From Welwitschia mirabilis (Eukaryota), in the NCBI GenBank assembly GCA_051453625.1, contig JBOZIK010000001.1, forward strand, positions 47,009,378-47,073,377: a stretch of 64,000 nt of DNA. Reading direction: 5' to 3'. A model generated the notes under the pieces. The model did not search any database, was not told the DNA's origin, and worked only from the letters and a program-made list of their open reading frames with translations. Positions within the stretch are counted from its first letter, which is position 1, and every line of letters begins with the position of its first letter. This document shows positions 25,832 through 38,329 of the stretch, in pieces. The translations under genes and the position numbers were made by a program.

Positions 25832-28800
25832 GAAATGGGCCACTTATTACTAGAACATAATCATGACAATTTCTTCCCTTTTTGTAGAGGACACTAGTCC
25901 TCCATACTTTAGGTCATTACTCTAGCCTAATTTCAATTTCTATTAGTTCTAGCATTATGGAGTGTTTTCGCCCCTAGTTTTATTAGTTAGTAGTTTGTTC
26001 CAGCATTTGATGCAGAATGCTCTTTAAGATAGTCAGTTTCCCATTCTTCGTTTGTTTTCCTAAGAGCATTTTCACCCCTATTTTCATCTCTGAATTCCTC
26101 ATATAATGTTCTCCCTTTCTCCAAATAGTTAACTTTTCTTGTCAATTTAGGGCATTTTCGCCTCCTTAATGTAAATTTTCTAGTTTAATATACTCCATTC
26201 TTGTTTTAAAAAAAAAAAGGTAATGAAATAAATTTATTTAAAATAAAATAATAAATAAAAATTTTATTAGATAAAGGAATCTCTTACATCATTACTCAAA
26301 AACATGACAGAAGCCTTACTTAAACTACCTAGAGTGAAAAAATTAGATTACTTTGCTAAAGTAATTTAATTCTTGAAAATGCTAAAGAACTTGTTCTTTT
26401 TATTGGAACACCTGGTTTTAGATGACCCTACAAAACTCTTACCTAAGGGTAGTAGGTGCATTTCACTTAATAATTCTAACAGCATGTTGATGTTTTCTGG
26501 GTGAGCTCACCAAAAGCTCTTGTAAAGCTTTGCATTCTATATTATTTTTTTTTATATTCTCCTTATCAAAGCTGAGTGTAAGTAGACTAAATGCAAGATT
26601 TATATCTTAAAGTTGATTCATTTATTTTCTAATACATGCATCTGTCTAGCTAGTTTACCTTAGAACACATTGTAAGTCAAGTCTCCTTGATTACATTGCC
26701 AATGTAATTCTTATATCCTAACCCTTAGATACTTAGCCACCAAATGATGCACCATGGGATTAAAACTTGGAGGAATAACCCCATTTTCATAGCATTCTCT
26801 ACTAGCTTTAGTAATGAAGGTATTCAATGTATCTAAGACCTTAGCAATTGATTTATAACTAGAATATAATGAGTATTACACCTCATTCTTAGGCCTAATA
26901 GAAATTTAAGGCAATTGGGGTTCTACAGTTCTAACACACATATCAATTTGTGTAGAACCTAAGTCACAAAGGAAACACTTCATCTTCTTAACACCTAAAG
27001 AAGCAATGAAAGAGTAAGGGGCAGTAGATGCCATAAGGGTTCAACAGAAAGGAATAATAAGGATTGAATAGGATTAAGTAAAGAAACTCTAAGACTCAAT
27101 ATGGAGAATAATGAATAGTTAGCATAAAGGAATGAAGTTTATAGCATAAGTATTACTTAATCTAGTTGACAAGTGTGATTTATCTTAAGATACTCAGTGC
27201 ACATGTGTTCAGTAATGAAGCAACTACATACTTGTTCTATCCAACATCCAAGATATGCCAATTGTACAACAATGATCTTCATATTAAGATAGAATTCATG
27301 GAATTTCAAACTAACCAAGTTTCAACTTGAAGCTGGAACTTTAGCTCAATTTATGATCAGCTCATTTTTTTTCCAAGTTGCAAGTCTTTACAGGGATCCA
27401 CTAGATTTAGTTATCATTGTCAATTTCCAAGTGATTAATTTAAATCCAAAAATTTTTAAAATTAAGAAAAACATTTAGATAATATTATGAAAACATGATT
27501 AGTGGTATAAAAAAATTATATATTTTTAGAGGAGAATAAAAAGATAAATGTTACTTGTATTGTTCCTTTGATAGCACAGTATCATAAGCTAAAACTTTAG
27601 AATAAGTTTATTTAGTTGATTGACACTAACTTAAAGTTAAAACTTTAAATAAGATTTTAAATTAAGTTGATAAATGTAAAAATTTATTCTTCTAAATTTC
27701 ATATTGCTTAAGCCTACATAAATCAATATCACTTAATTGACTAACATGAACTTCAAGTTAAAACTTTGAGTCAAATTTCCAACCAAACCATTACGCTGTA
27801 AGCTCAGAAAGTTAACAGACACTAGTTCAAAGTCAAAAATTGAGTCAGATTTCAAGTCAACTAATTTCTATTAAAATAAGAGACCTACTACTAAAGAGTG
27901 GTTTTCTTTTCTTGATGATCCTTATTGACTTTTTAATATATCTTCTGTCCATGACTACACTTCTTTATTTTATTTCATTTACTTATATTTAAGTGGGTAT
28001 GATTCAAAGGATCTTATCAAGAACTTTTAGGTTCTCAACAATTTCCTTTGAATCCTTTGCTTACTTCACAATGGATTTAACGACCCTTGTTGAGAACTTG
28101 AGGGTTCTCGATGATTCTCGTTGAATCCTTTTATAGGTGAAGAGTGGCAACCAATTAAATATGATACTTTATTTGTCTAATGTATCACTTAAAACCAAAC
28201 TCAATAACCCCCTTCGCATTCTTGATGACCCCCATCGAAAATTAGCAAATGACTTATTTTCATGTTACCTAATCCATGCAGGCTCCATAATATCCATTTC
28301 ACATCAACTAATTTCATTATTATTCTCTTTGCCACCATGTCATTCATTTTCCACATAAACACCCATGTAGGAATGATTACTATATTTTGGTAAAAGGTTT
28401 TACTATCTTTAAATGTGTGAATTAAATGCAATAGTAGGTATAAGTTTTTACCTATTTTAAGTAGCAAATAGATATGTAATTTTACTTTTACTTATGCATT
28501 TTGCTTTCTTGTGCTTGAGTTCTTATAGCATTATGGAAGAAAAACTTTACATAAATAATTCATATTCATCATTGTTTCTGGTATTTTTATTTTTAAGCAT
28601 TCCGGAGTATGTAAATATTTAACTTAAGGGGTAGAATGAACAACAAAATTTTGTAATAAGAAAATGCTGGTAAAGTGTAAATTCTTTTAGGGTGATATTT
28701 TCATGAGATTTTCTATTTGATGACATTTTATATATTCTTTTGATGCCTACTTAATGAGTGTGAAAGTATTTCTCAAACATTATTACTTGATTAGTTTTTA

Positions 28801-31800
28801 AAAATGTTTTTCAAATAAGGTTTTGAATGACATTATTTAGTTCAAACAATTATAACAATTTGACAAGACGCAAAATCCTTTCTTCCTTGAATTTTGTGAG
28901 TGTATTTTCAAATCCTTATTTAGCATCTTTTAAATAATGTATCATTGAATTAGGCTAGTATGAGTAGCTAATAATAAATGAAAGATTTACTTTAAAATTT
29001 ATTTACAAATTTTATAAGAATTTGAGGTTTAATGAGAAGAAGAATGTGCTAGAAATAATTGTTAAGAATAAGAGAATATCCATTAGATAAAAAGAAATCA
29101 GAGAAATGGTGCATTTGCCATCTAGAGGTAAATCTATTGAGGATACAAGTAGGAAAGAAGATACGAATTTAAGCATGAGTCTATTAGAGAGGGTGGTAGT
29201 GCAAAATAGAATACTTGTAAATAAAGGTTTAGAACTAACATTGTTTACTATTTCAAGAATTATGGGTAGTAATTTAGTATCGGTCATTTTCTAACAAAGC
29301 AATAAAAAAAGCAAAAAACAAAAAGGGAAAAATATGAGCTCTATGAAAAAATTTTAATATAAAAATAAATTAAAAAAAGAACATAGGTGTTAAATATAAA
29401 ATAAGAAATCAACAATAGGTAGCAACAAGGGTCAACTAGATGATTTATGTCTCTACGCACATTGGTAGAAATATCAATATATACCTAATTTTTTATACTC
29501 TTATGAAGCTAGTTATTCTCTCATGTAGTACTCTTTTTTCATATTACTCTAAGAATCTTATACTATAGTGTTTTCCATTACACCTTTTTAATGCACTATT
29601 ACGATCTAGACTCTTGAAATTTTATTAGACTTTTACCACCAGTAGAACTCCCAAAGTACACATGTGAGGAAAAAGTAACCTATTTATTCTAGTGTTTTCT
29701 AAATTAGTATCAAGAGTTCTAACTTTTAATAACTTATTTAAAATCAATAGCTTAAGAATTAAATTAATCAACATTTAGGACATCCATAAATGTGTGATTT
29801 TCATGCATTTTCAAGTTCCTTTTGAACAACATTATGGTTTCTAGTCATATTAGCATGACTTGTGGATATTGGGTAAATTCATATGTTTTACCATACCATC
29901 CCCATCATATCCATTATTACATTTAACTATTAATTATTCATCTATGTTCTTCACATTAATGTTCATTTATTTAACTATTCTCTAAAACATTTTTTGAATT
30001 GATCATTTTTCAAGGAACTAGAAAATCTCAGGAAGGGGATATATTATGACTTTTTAATGTATTTTAGATTTAGTCTTCATGGATGTTGAATGTGCAGTCT
30101 GCATCTTACTAGACAAATATTAAATAGTTTCTAGTACTCCACTATCATCACTAAGTAAATGAAGTGAACTAATACTAAGAAATAACATTTCATATCATAA
30201 CAAGCCATCCCCTTAATTAAAAACCTTCTTGAAGAATCTATCATAACTCTATTACATTTATAACCAAGCATAAGAGCCTAGATTTTCTAGCAAAAGTATT
30301 TCAATACTAGAGGAACATTATTTATTGAGAGAAATTCTATGTTTTAGACATTAATTCCATGGTTTACTAAGATTTATAAAGATTAAATGTTAAACCTTTT
30401 AGACAAAACTGATATGATACATCATTTCATTATGTATTTTAGTTTATATAATACTCAAAAGAAGGATCTCCTTCTTATGTGATGAATGTAAGGTTAAAAC
30501 CCAATGTCTAGAATAGGATGAATCTATTTAAAAATCAAATCATTAGATTAAGAATAAGCTCCAAATATTTAGTTTATTGATGGGAGTTAAATTTTAAATG
30601 ATTAATTACATTAACAAGTATTCTTAAGAACTATGCACATCTTACCAGCTTATGGTTACATTTTCTTCTTTGATCATCTACTAGTAGCTATCATGAAATG
30701 TGCTTAGAACCTAATAATAATAACAATATACATTCATGAGTTCGTAAAGAACTTAACGCATCTCTTATTAAACTAAATGAGAAAACAACTTATATGATTT
30801 AAGATTGGTGAATGTTCATTAGCATCAACTACTTATATTTCTATAGAAACATGTAGAACTCATGAAAATTTTAATCTAAGGAAATTTATGGTTTTCTATA
30901 TAAGACCTAGGGAGTTAAGTATAGATAACTAGATAAGAAATAATTCATGAATTATAGATTAAGAAACTAGCCATCTAAATGTTCTTATATAGGCTATAAT
31001 TTACCTTGACTAATGAAAAGAACATGACATAGTTATTAGTAGTGCATTCTTCCCTTGAATATGTCTTTATACATATAATGTAACATGCAATCATGCATGT
31101 AAATAAAATGTATGCATAGAAAAATTATGATACATAAAATTCAAACATTAAGTTCAATGAACTTAAGCATTTACATTAAATTTAAAATGTAACAAGGGAT
31201 TGTAATAATATAAGAAGTGGATTGTGATAGTTGTTAAAATTTACCATCTAAAAGTATACTTTTTAATTCATTTTCTATGAAACTCAGATGGCATATATAA
31301 TATTTTATCATTAAAAGGATATCTGATAAATAAAATATGTTTAAGTAAAACCAAATGTTGTTATTAGAGACTTAAACATATTTTTTATTTTCTTCTTTTA
31401 TTAAAATCCTATTGCATAGATTGATTGCAATAAAGGTATTTAATAGTCGTTTGTCCTAAAGCTAGGTTACTATGATTTGATAAGCTAGCAATAAGTCAAT
31501 AATAAGTATTTGACTATGTTACTATCTTATAGTTAAGACATAGGTGTGAAATAAGGAATAGGAACTTTTTATCACTTAAAATATAATAGAAAAAATATAT
31601 GATCAAGTTGAAATAGTTTGTAGCCCATCAATAATGAAATACATGTTGTAAAAATTTATCATGTAGTCTTNNNNNNNNNNNNNNNNNNNNNNNNNNNNNN
31701 NNNNNNNNNNNNNNNNNNNNNNNNNNNNNNNNNNNNNNNNNNNNNNNNNNNNNNNNNNNNNNNNNNNNNNTAAAAATTTATCATGTAGTCTTAAGATGTG

Positions 31801-32919
31801 ATAAAGATAGTTATCAATGAGTGAGAATGTAAAAACACATACTTCAATTATCTAAGTTTATCACATAATGATGAGGTAGATTGTTAGTAAAAGATCATAG
31901 TTAACCCTACTTATCATGATGTAAGAGAATTATAAACTATAATAAACATGCAATAAATAAGAAGCATTTATTACATTTGAGAAATTGGTAATAAAACATT
32001 ATATAAGCTTTTTAAAAATGATAATAAGAAGTGAAAGGGAAAAACTAGTGTTAAATTAAATCTTATTCCAAATATGACCTACACAAATCTGGTTTGACAT
32101 TAATCACATTTGTAATTTTCTTTGTTTACCTTAATAATTACCTAATAAATATAATCCTTTTCCACTAGAAAAAAGAGTTGAATTATTGATTTCATTTGGA
32201 GAATTCATTCTAGCATTACTTATAATTCAATTTTCTTTATCATAAAGCTTGAGTTTTATTTTTACATATTTGATTTGGTTTTTTGACATGAAATCAATTT
32301 AGGGTTTTCTTATTAAAATGCTATTAAAATATGTTTAAACTAGGCAACTTAATTATTTGTTTTTTTTCTTTTATTTTTGTCTTTTATTTTTTNNNNNNNN
32401 NNNNNNNNNNNNNNNNNNNNNNNAAAGTTAATTAGAATACAAGAGTGTCTCCTGGGTTGTACAGGTTTATTTTACTTCATTTCACTCATTTATTTATAAT
32501 CTGTATTAACGTATTATGCATTTAACTAGTTAAGAGATTATTGATTCATAGTGTAAATTGTATTTTATCTATTATTGTATAACCTGATATGCATTTAGTC
32601 CTTTAATCAAGAAATAATTTACAATAAATTATAATTTTTACTTTAATGCATCACTAATAGAGTAATATACTATTAACATTATAGAATTGATGCGTTCATC
32701 TTTCTGTGAGGTGGATGTGAATGTTAAAGCTAATTGTATTTTTTTGCTTTATTTTTTGTGATAACTTTTCAATTTTATTTAAGTTATTTTTATTCCCTAG
32801 ATAGGATGTGAAACTAGTTGCATATGACTAGCTTAATTTTAGTTTTTATTATTTTGAATCCACATGCAAAGCTTCGATGGAATACAATCGATAGTTCATT
32901 GATTATCTTAACTAGTTTT

Positions 32920-34760
32920 TAAACATAATGATATCATCTTTGATGAAATAGCTAAAATTAATAACCCTATTTTCTTTACATCTTTTGATAATCTAATTTC
33001 AAGCAAGGGAGAGATAATAGAATCTCTAGATGATGCTATAACATAAGACGTAGATGAAGTATATTTACGTAATCAAATTTAGATTCTTAAATTTTAAGAA
33101 TAAATTATCATCCTAATAGTGAAAGAGAAAAATGTTCCTACTGCATGTAATAGTGATGAACTAGACTCAAGTCATCCCATGAAATACAAAATTTATGTTA
33201 GGTAAGAGAAATCATGATTTAATGTATGATAATGAGAGAAGTCTAATGGAAGAGGATATAAACAAGACCATACAAAATGAAAATGAATTCATTTTAACAT
33301 TAAATCAAATAAATGATATGAAGCTAGCTAGTGTAAAAGTAGTTTCTAAAAATCCAAAATAAAGAAAAGTGATGTAAAAATAAGATTACACGCTCATGAA
33401 TAATAAAACTTATGAATTCGTTAAAGTAATCAAAAGCTAATCGACATGAAATAGGTGTTTCATATTAAATATAATGAAGATGGTATAATCAATAAATACA
33501 TGACCTAATCAATTATCAAAGGTTTTACATGAAAGAAAAGAATCAATTACAGTGAATATTTATGTCTATATAAAAATCCATGTCATACAAACTATTCTAT
33601 TCTTATTCGTTTAATATGATTGGACTTTAAATGAAGGTCTTGAGGAAGAACTATACATAACCCAACTTGATTGTTTTCAAATAAACGCCATAGAAAAAAG
33701 TTTACATATTAAAGAAAAAGTCTTTTATGAATCAAGATAAGCTTTCTTAACATGGTTTTAAAAAATTACTAAATTTCTCATACATATTAGTTTCAAAAAG
33801 TTACCCATAAATGACAATCTTTACATAAAAACACATGAAAAATACAAAAGAGCTATAATGCTATTAATTTATGTTAATAATATAATATTAATAAGGAAGC
33901 ACAAAAAATAAATTATGTATGTAAGATATGCCCTTATTTAAAAATGTATAATTTTAGAACTTGGAGTTCTTAAGTATTTTCTAGAATTTTAAATAGTAAA
34001 AAAGAGAAAAAATTAATTTTTTTCCAACCAAAATAGGTCAATGGTATATAATAAAAGTTTAAAAAATTATGAATAACAAAGCAGTCTTATAGAGTAAGGC
34101 ATGAAGCTAACATCAAACAGAACATAAAAAAGGATATAAATTATGAATTTTTAGAAATTAATTGAAAAATTTATATATCTATTAAAAACTAAACTAAATA
34201 TCACACTCGCCATTAATAATATTATAGGATTCACACATTATCAAAATGAAGCATATATGAATTTAGTAAGTAACATACTAAGATATCTTATTAAAACAAT
34301 AAAACATAGGATAATTTTCAAAAAAAGTGAAAAAAATTAATTGACTACATAGATTTAGATTAGGCTAGAGTTGAAGATGAAAGATTAACTATAGGCTATT
34401 TCATTTACTTTCTTGGAGGGACTATTTTATGCCTAAGTCAAAAATAAAAGACAACCATGCTTTCTTTTGCTAAAGTAGAATAAACTATAGTAGCAATATT
34501 GTATTTTGAATTAAATTGGATCCATCAAATCTTAAGAGATCTTAGCAAAGATGTTTATATTCCAATTCACATATATTTTGAAAATTCAAGAATTAAAAAA
34601 TCTTGTATATCATGAAATAATTAAACATATTTAAGTAAATTTCCACTAGATTATAAAACTCTACTTAGAAGAAGTCATCAGATCAAGCTACATCAACATA
34701 AAATGGCAAATAGCAAATGGATTCATGATACCACTTAGAGGAAGTAAATTTTAGTAAGTC
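32920..34760 (+). pseudogene. Decayed Copia pol (integrase end, RT, RNase H)
   Basis: DIIFDE at ~32930. VFHIKYNEDGIINKY...KGFT*KKRINYSE corresponds to the RT motif WVFKIK...KARLVAKGFTQ..GIDYSE. DYIDLD*A...LTIGYF...LSFAKVE corresponds to RNase H (YSDADWA...SSAEAEY). Ends QIANGFMIPL. Confidence 0.8.
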
Positions 34761-34963
34761 TCTCTATATATCAAAAATGAAGATTTATATGTTTGACAAA
34801 ACATAAAATAGATGAAATACAAATATAAAAAAATTATGTTTTATCTTCATTTTTAATAAAATGTGTTTCATCAAGATGAAGAGAATTCCCAAAATGTTTA
34901 AAATATCAAATTAAATTATATGAAAATTGATTAAATTATTGATAATTATTTTGTGAAAGTCAT

Positions 34964-36299
34964 TATTAACATGTAAAAATTGACATTCTAATTAAGTTAA
35001 TAGACCAGTTTATCCTAATAGAAGAAATTAATATAATTGATTTTATTGTAAGAACATGTTTTTTATTAATTTTCTATAATAACTAATAGTTTGCCTATGA
35101 CATTTTCAAGACATTTACTGTACTTTGAAGGACATGCTTAAAATTAAAGATAATCTAGCTTAAAATGTTGGTGTCGCTATTCAAGTCATCTAGTGCCATA
35201 AGTCTTTCCAAGTAAAATTCCTTAATTCTCACATTCTTGACTTATCATACAAAATTTAAACAAATGAAGTTATACGCTTAATCAAATTTTACCTTAGAAA
35301 TAACTTGCATCTTTAACAAAATGTGGTGGTGATGACGATGACACATAGAAGTGACACGTGACATTTCTAAGTAAGATAATAATGGAAACACATGATGACA
35401 ACAACAATTAGTAGTAGCAACAGCATTTAAGAGCCAACTATTGGTCTCATCATGGTGATATCTACCTAAATAAAGATGAAAAACATCCTACCTAATTTCA
35501 TCATTGTGTAAACACTCACTTAATGCTACAAGATAAAGGGTCGTAACCACTCCCACATACATACTTACCTATAAAAGAACTTGAAGTCCTTCATTGTAAT
35601 ATCTTTCATTTTAGTAAAAGATTAAACCTTTCAAGTGTCAATTCGCAATGGTCTTATAAACACTTCTTTAGTGAGTAACCTTGCCTTCAAGGATAGCTTG
35701 AGAAGTTATACCATCATCCATCTTCCTTTGATGTAATGTATTTACTTTAATACATAAAAGTTGTTTTGCTTTTGACTTTAAGTCATGAGATACTTTGTAC
35801 TTGGAACACTTAGATAATAACTTAACTATCATGTTTCATTTTTATTTTAGGAATTCCTTAATCACTTGGTCTAAGTCTTTGTGATTTTAGAGATTCTTAT
35901 TACCTAGGATTCTTACTTTTCATTTTCATTACAAGCTGTGAATAATCAAGTGGCAATTGAGTTCACTAATCTTCATATGATGAATTAGATTATCTCATCA
36001 TAACTCAAGCTAATATACTTGATAGTTTGAAGTGTGTTATAGGAAAAGCATAGAATATTATTAGAGTTAATAATTCTTAGTAAAAAAGTCAGTGAAAACT
36101 TAAAGATTATTTACTTCTCTACTTTTTGAAGTCAAAGCTTCAAAACTACTACTGTCAACTCTTTCATATTCTTTTCTGTTACTTGTAACTTACAAGAAGC
36201 AGAAGCATCGAGTTCTAAAGACCTACCTTAGATATCCTTGTTGAAAGAATTATACTAATGTTGACTTAATTAAATTTAATTCATTATACAAAATAAATA
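34964..36299 (+). repeat. Athila-type LTR copy 1
   Basis: TATTAACATGTAAA (decayed TG start), colinear with 44758-46107. TATA-like CCTATAAAAG at ~35568. Confidence 0.8.
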
Positions 36300-38329
36300 T
36301 ATTTTGACATTATTACTAAGGATAGTGGCACAGTAGCTACTCAGAAAGAGCACAAATTTTCTTTTTAGCAAGCTTTTTAATTAGTTTTTATTTTTCTATT
36401 GGTGGGTACTAGTCCACTCCAATGGTACCAAAATTAATTCTCTTTTTCCTTATTTTCTGTATCTTTTTCTTTTAGTGGTTTATACAAGTTATTCTAGTGA
36501 AATTAAAACTGATTTAATTTTACATTTTCTTTAAGTTTTTTTCTAACATGATTTGTGTTGTAAGTCTAACAATGTATTTACAAGTAACAATAGGCCTAGA
36601 AAACTAAAAAATTTAACTGGCATGCTTTCTGTGTTTTAATTTTGGTTTTAATTTTTTATGTAAGATTGCTATTATAACCATTAAAAATCTAAAATAAAGT
36701 TATGATTTCATTAAAATTGGGTTCATGTACACTAGCATTCTTCATTCTTGTTATGTTTTTCTATGACCTCGAGACATCAATTACTTCACGAGATCTATGT
36801 AAACCTTTATGATTTTTCTATAACCAAGGCTTGTAATTGAACTAATATTTCCTCCTTCCCTAACTAGTATCAATAGCTATCTTACATCAAAGACTTTAAA
36901 ACTTTGTTTGTAATCTTTATAAAAACCTAGAAACCCTTTTGTCATTTGGGCTTTATCAAAAATCTTTCTGAAACTTGTCTAAAACCCTTCATGGCTTGAA
37001 TCTGTGATGAGTTAAGAATATTAACTAAAGATCCCTTAAATAAAATGGATCACTTTTTTGAATAGAAAAACACATAATGAAATCAATCCCATGATGACAC
37101 ACAAAGGGAAAAATCCTCCACCTCTCAAGGAAAACCAAACAACAATCAAAGAGAATAAGGATTCTCATCTTAATAACAATAAAATCTAAATGATTTACTT
37201 AATTAATGATTTCCCTTTAATGAATCATTATTAAATTAGAATATAATAGACCAATTAACTATCTACTACCTTGCCTAAGAGGTGACCAAAGCTCAAGCTA
37301 ATGCAACCTACAATAATCAACCTAGGTAAACTCTTTATGGTTACCTTCAATTGCAATACGTAGGAATACCTTCATGTATAGTGCAATCACCCATAAACCA
37401 AAGGTTATAATTCAAGCCTTCCACCATCCAACTTTTGTCTTACTTCCATGGTTTAGAATCTGAGGACTCATANNNNNNNNNNNNNNNNNNNNNNNNNNNN
37501 NNNNNNNNNNNNNNNNNNNNNNNNNNNNNNNNNNNNNNNNNNNNNNNNNNNNNNNNNNNNNNNNNNNNNNNNGGATAAAACCTAAGAACTAAAAATTTAA
37601 CTTGTATTGTGTATTTTTCTTTATCTACTATGATTTCAATTTGGTTTTTAATCTTCTATACTATGTATTTACTTCATGATAAAATATTAAAGTTATCTTT
37701 TAAAAAATTTCATGCTCTTGTTAAGAATTGGCTATAAATGCTTATATTATTCATTTTTTTAAAAATTTTTTATGATCACGATACATTAATACACTTTTGA
37801 GGCATCTGCAAAGCACTATATTCCTCTTGCAAATTTAACTCACATTTAAACTGGCACAACTGCCTATGTTAATAATTGTCAATATCTTTTGTAATCCTTA
37901 CACTTTGAGATTTTGTCTAAGTACTCTTTGTAAATCCAAAAATCATTAAGCCTTATAACCTGTATAAAAAACTAATTTGAAACCTATTTAAAATATCTTA
38001 AACCTAACTTTATAGCTCTTGGATCTATGATGAATCTAAAAGATTAATTAGAAACTGTTTGCAAAAAATGAAACCCTTTTCTAGATTTAAAAAACCCATA
38101 GCAAAACCAACCTCTTGATGACATCCAAAGGGCATAAGCCTCTACCTCTCAAGAAAATCCAAATAACAATCAAAGAGAACAAAACTTTCATCTTAATAAT
38201 AATAAAATCTAAATGACTTACTTAAATTTTTATTTTTCTTTTATGGACCATTATCAAATTAAGATATGATAGACTAATTAACTGTATATTACCTTGCCTA
38301 AGAGGTGGTTAAACAGTAAGCTACTACAA

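Larger units (their letters stand above)
20225..26218 (+). mobile_element. L1-type LINE, near full length, decayed
   Basis: ORF1 with a DUF4283-like segment and zinc knuckle. ORF2 with endonuclease, RT, zf-RVT-like and RNase H-like regions. T-rich 3' UTR and A11 tail at 26208-26218. The 5' boundary is approximate and no convincing TSD was seen. Confidence 0.85.

Noticed and set aside
20180-26235. Target-site duplication for the LINE (TAATGAAAT near 20183 and 26221)
   Set aside because: A short AT-rich match not clearly adjacent to the 5' end; likely chance.
29600-31000. PBS-like TAGTATCAAGAG at ~29705 and a possible gag remnant belonging to the downstream Copia
   Set aside because: Too decayed; no partner LTR or convincing gag motif found.
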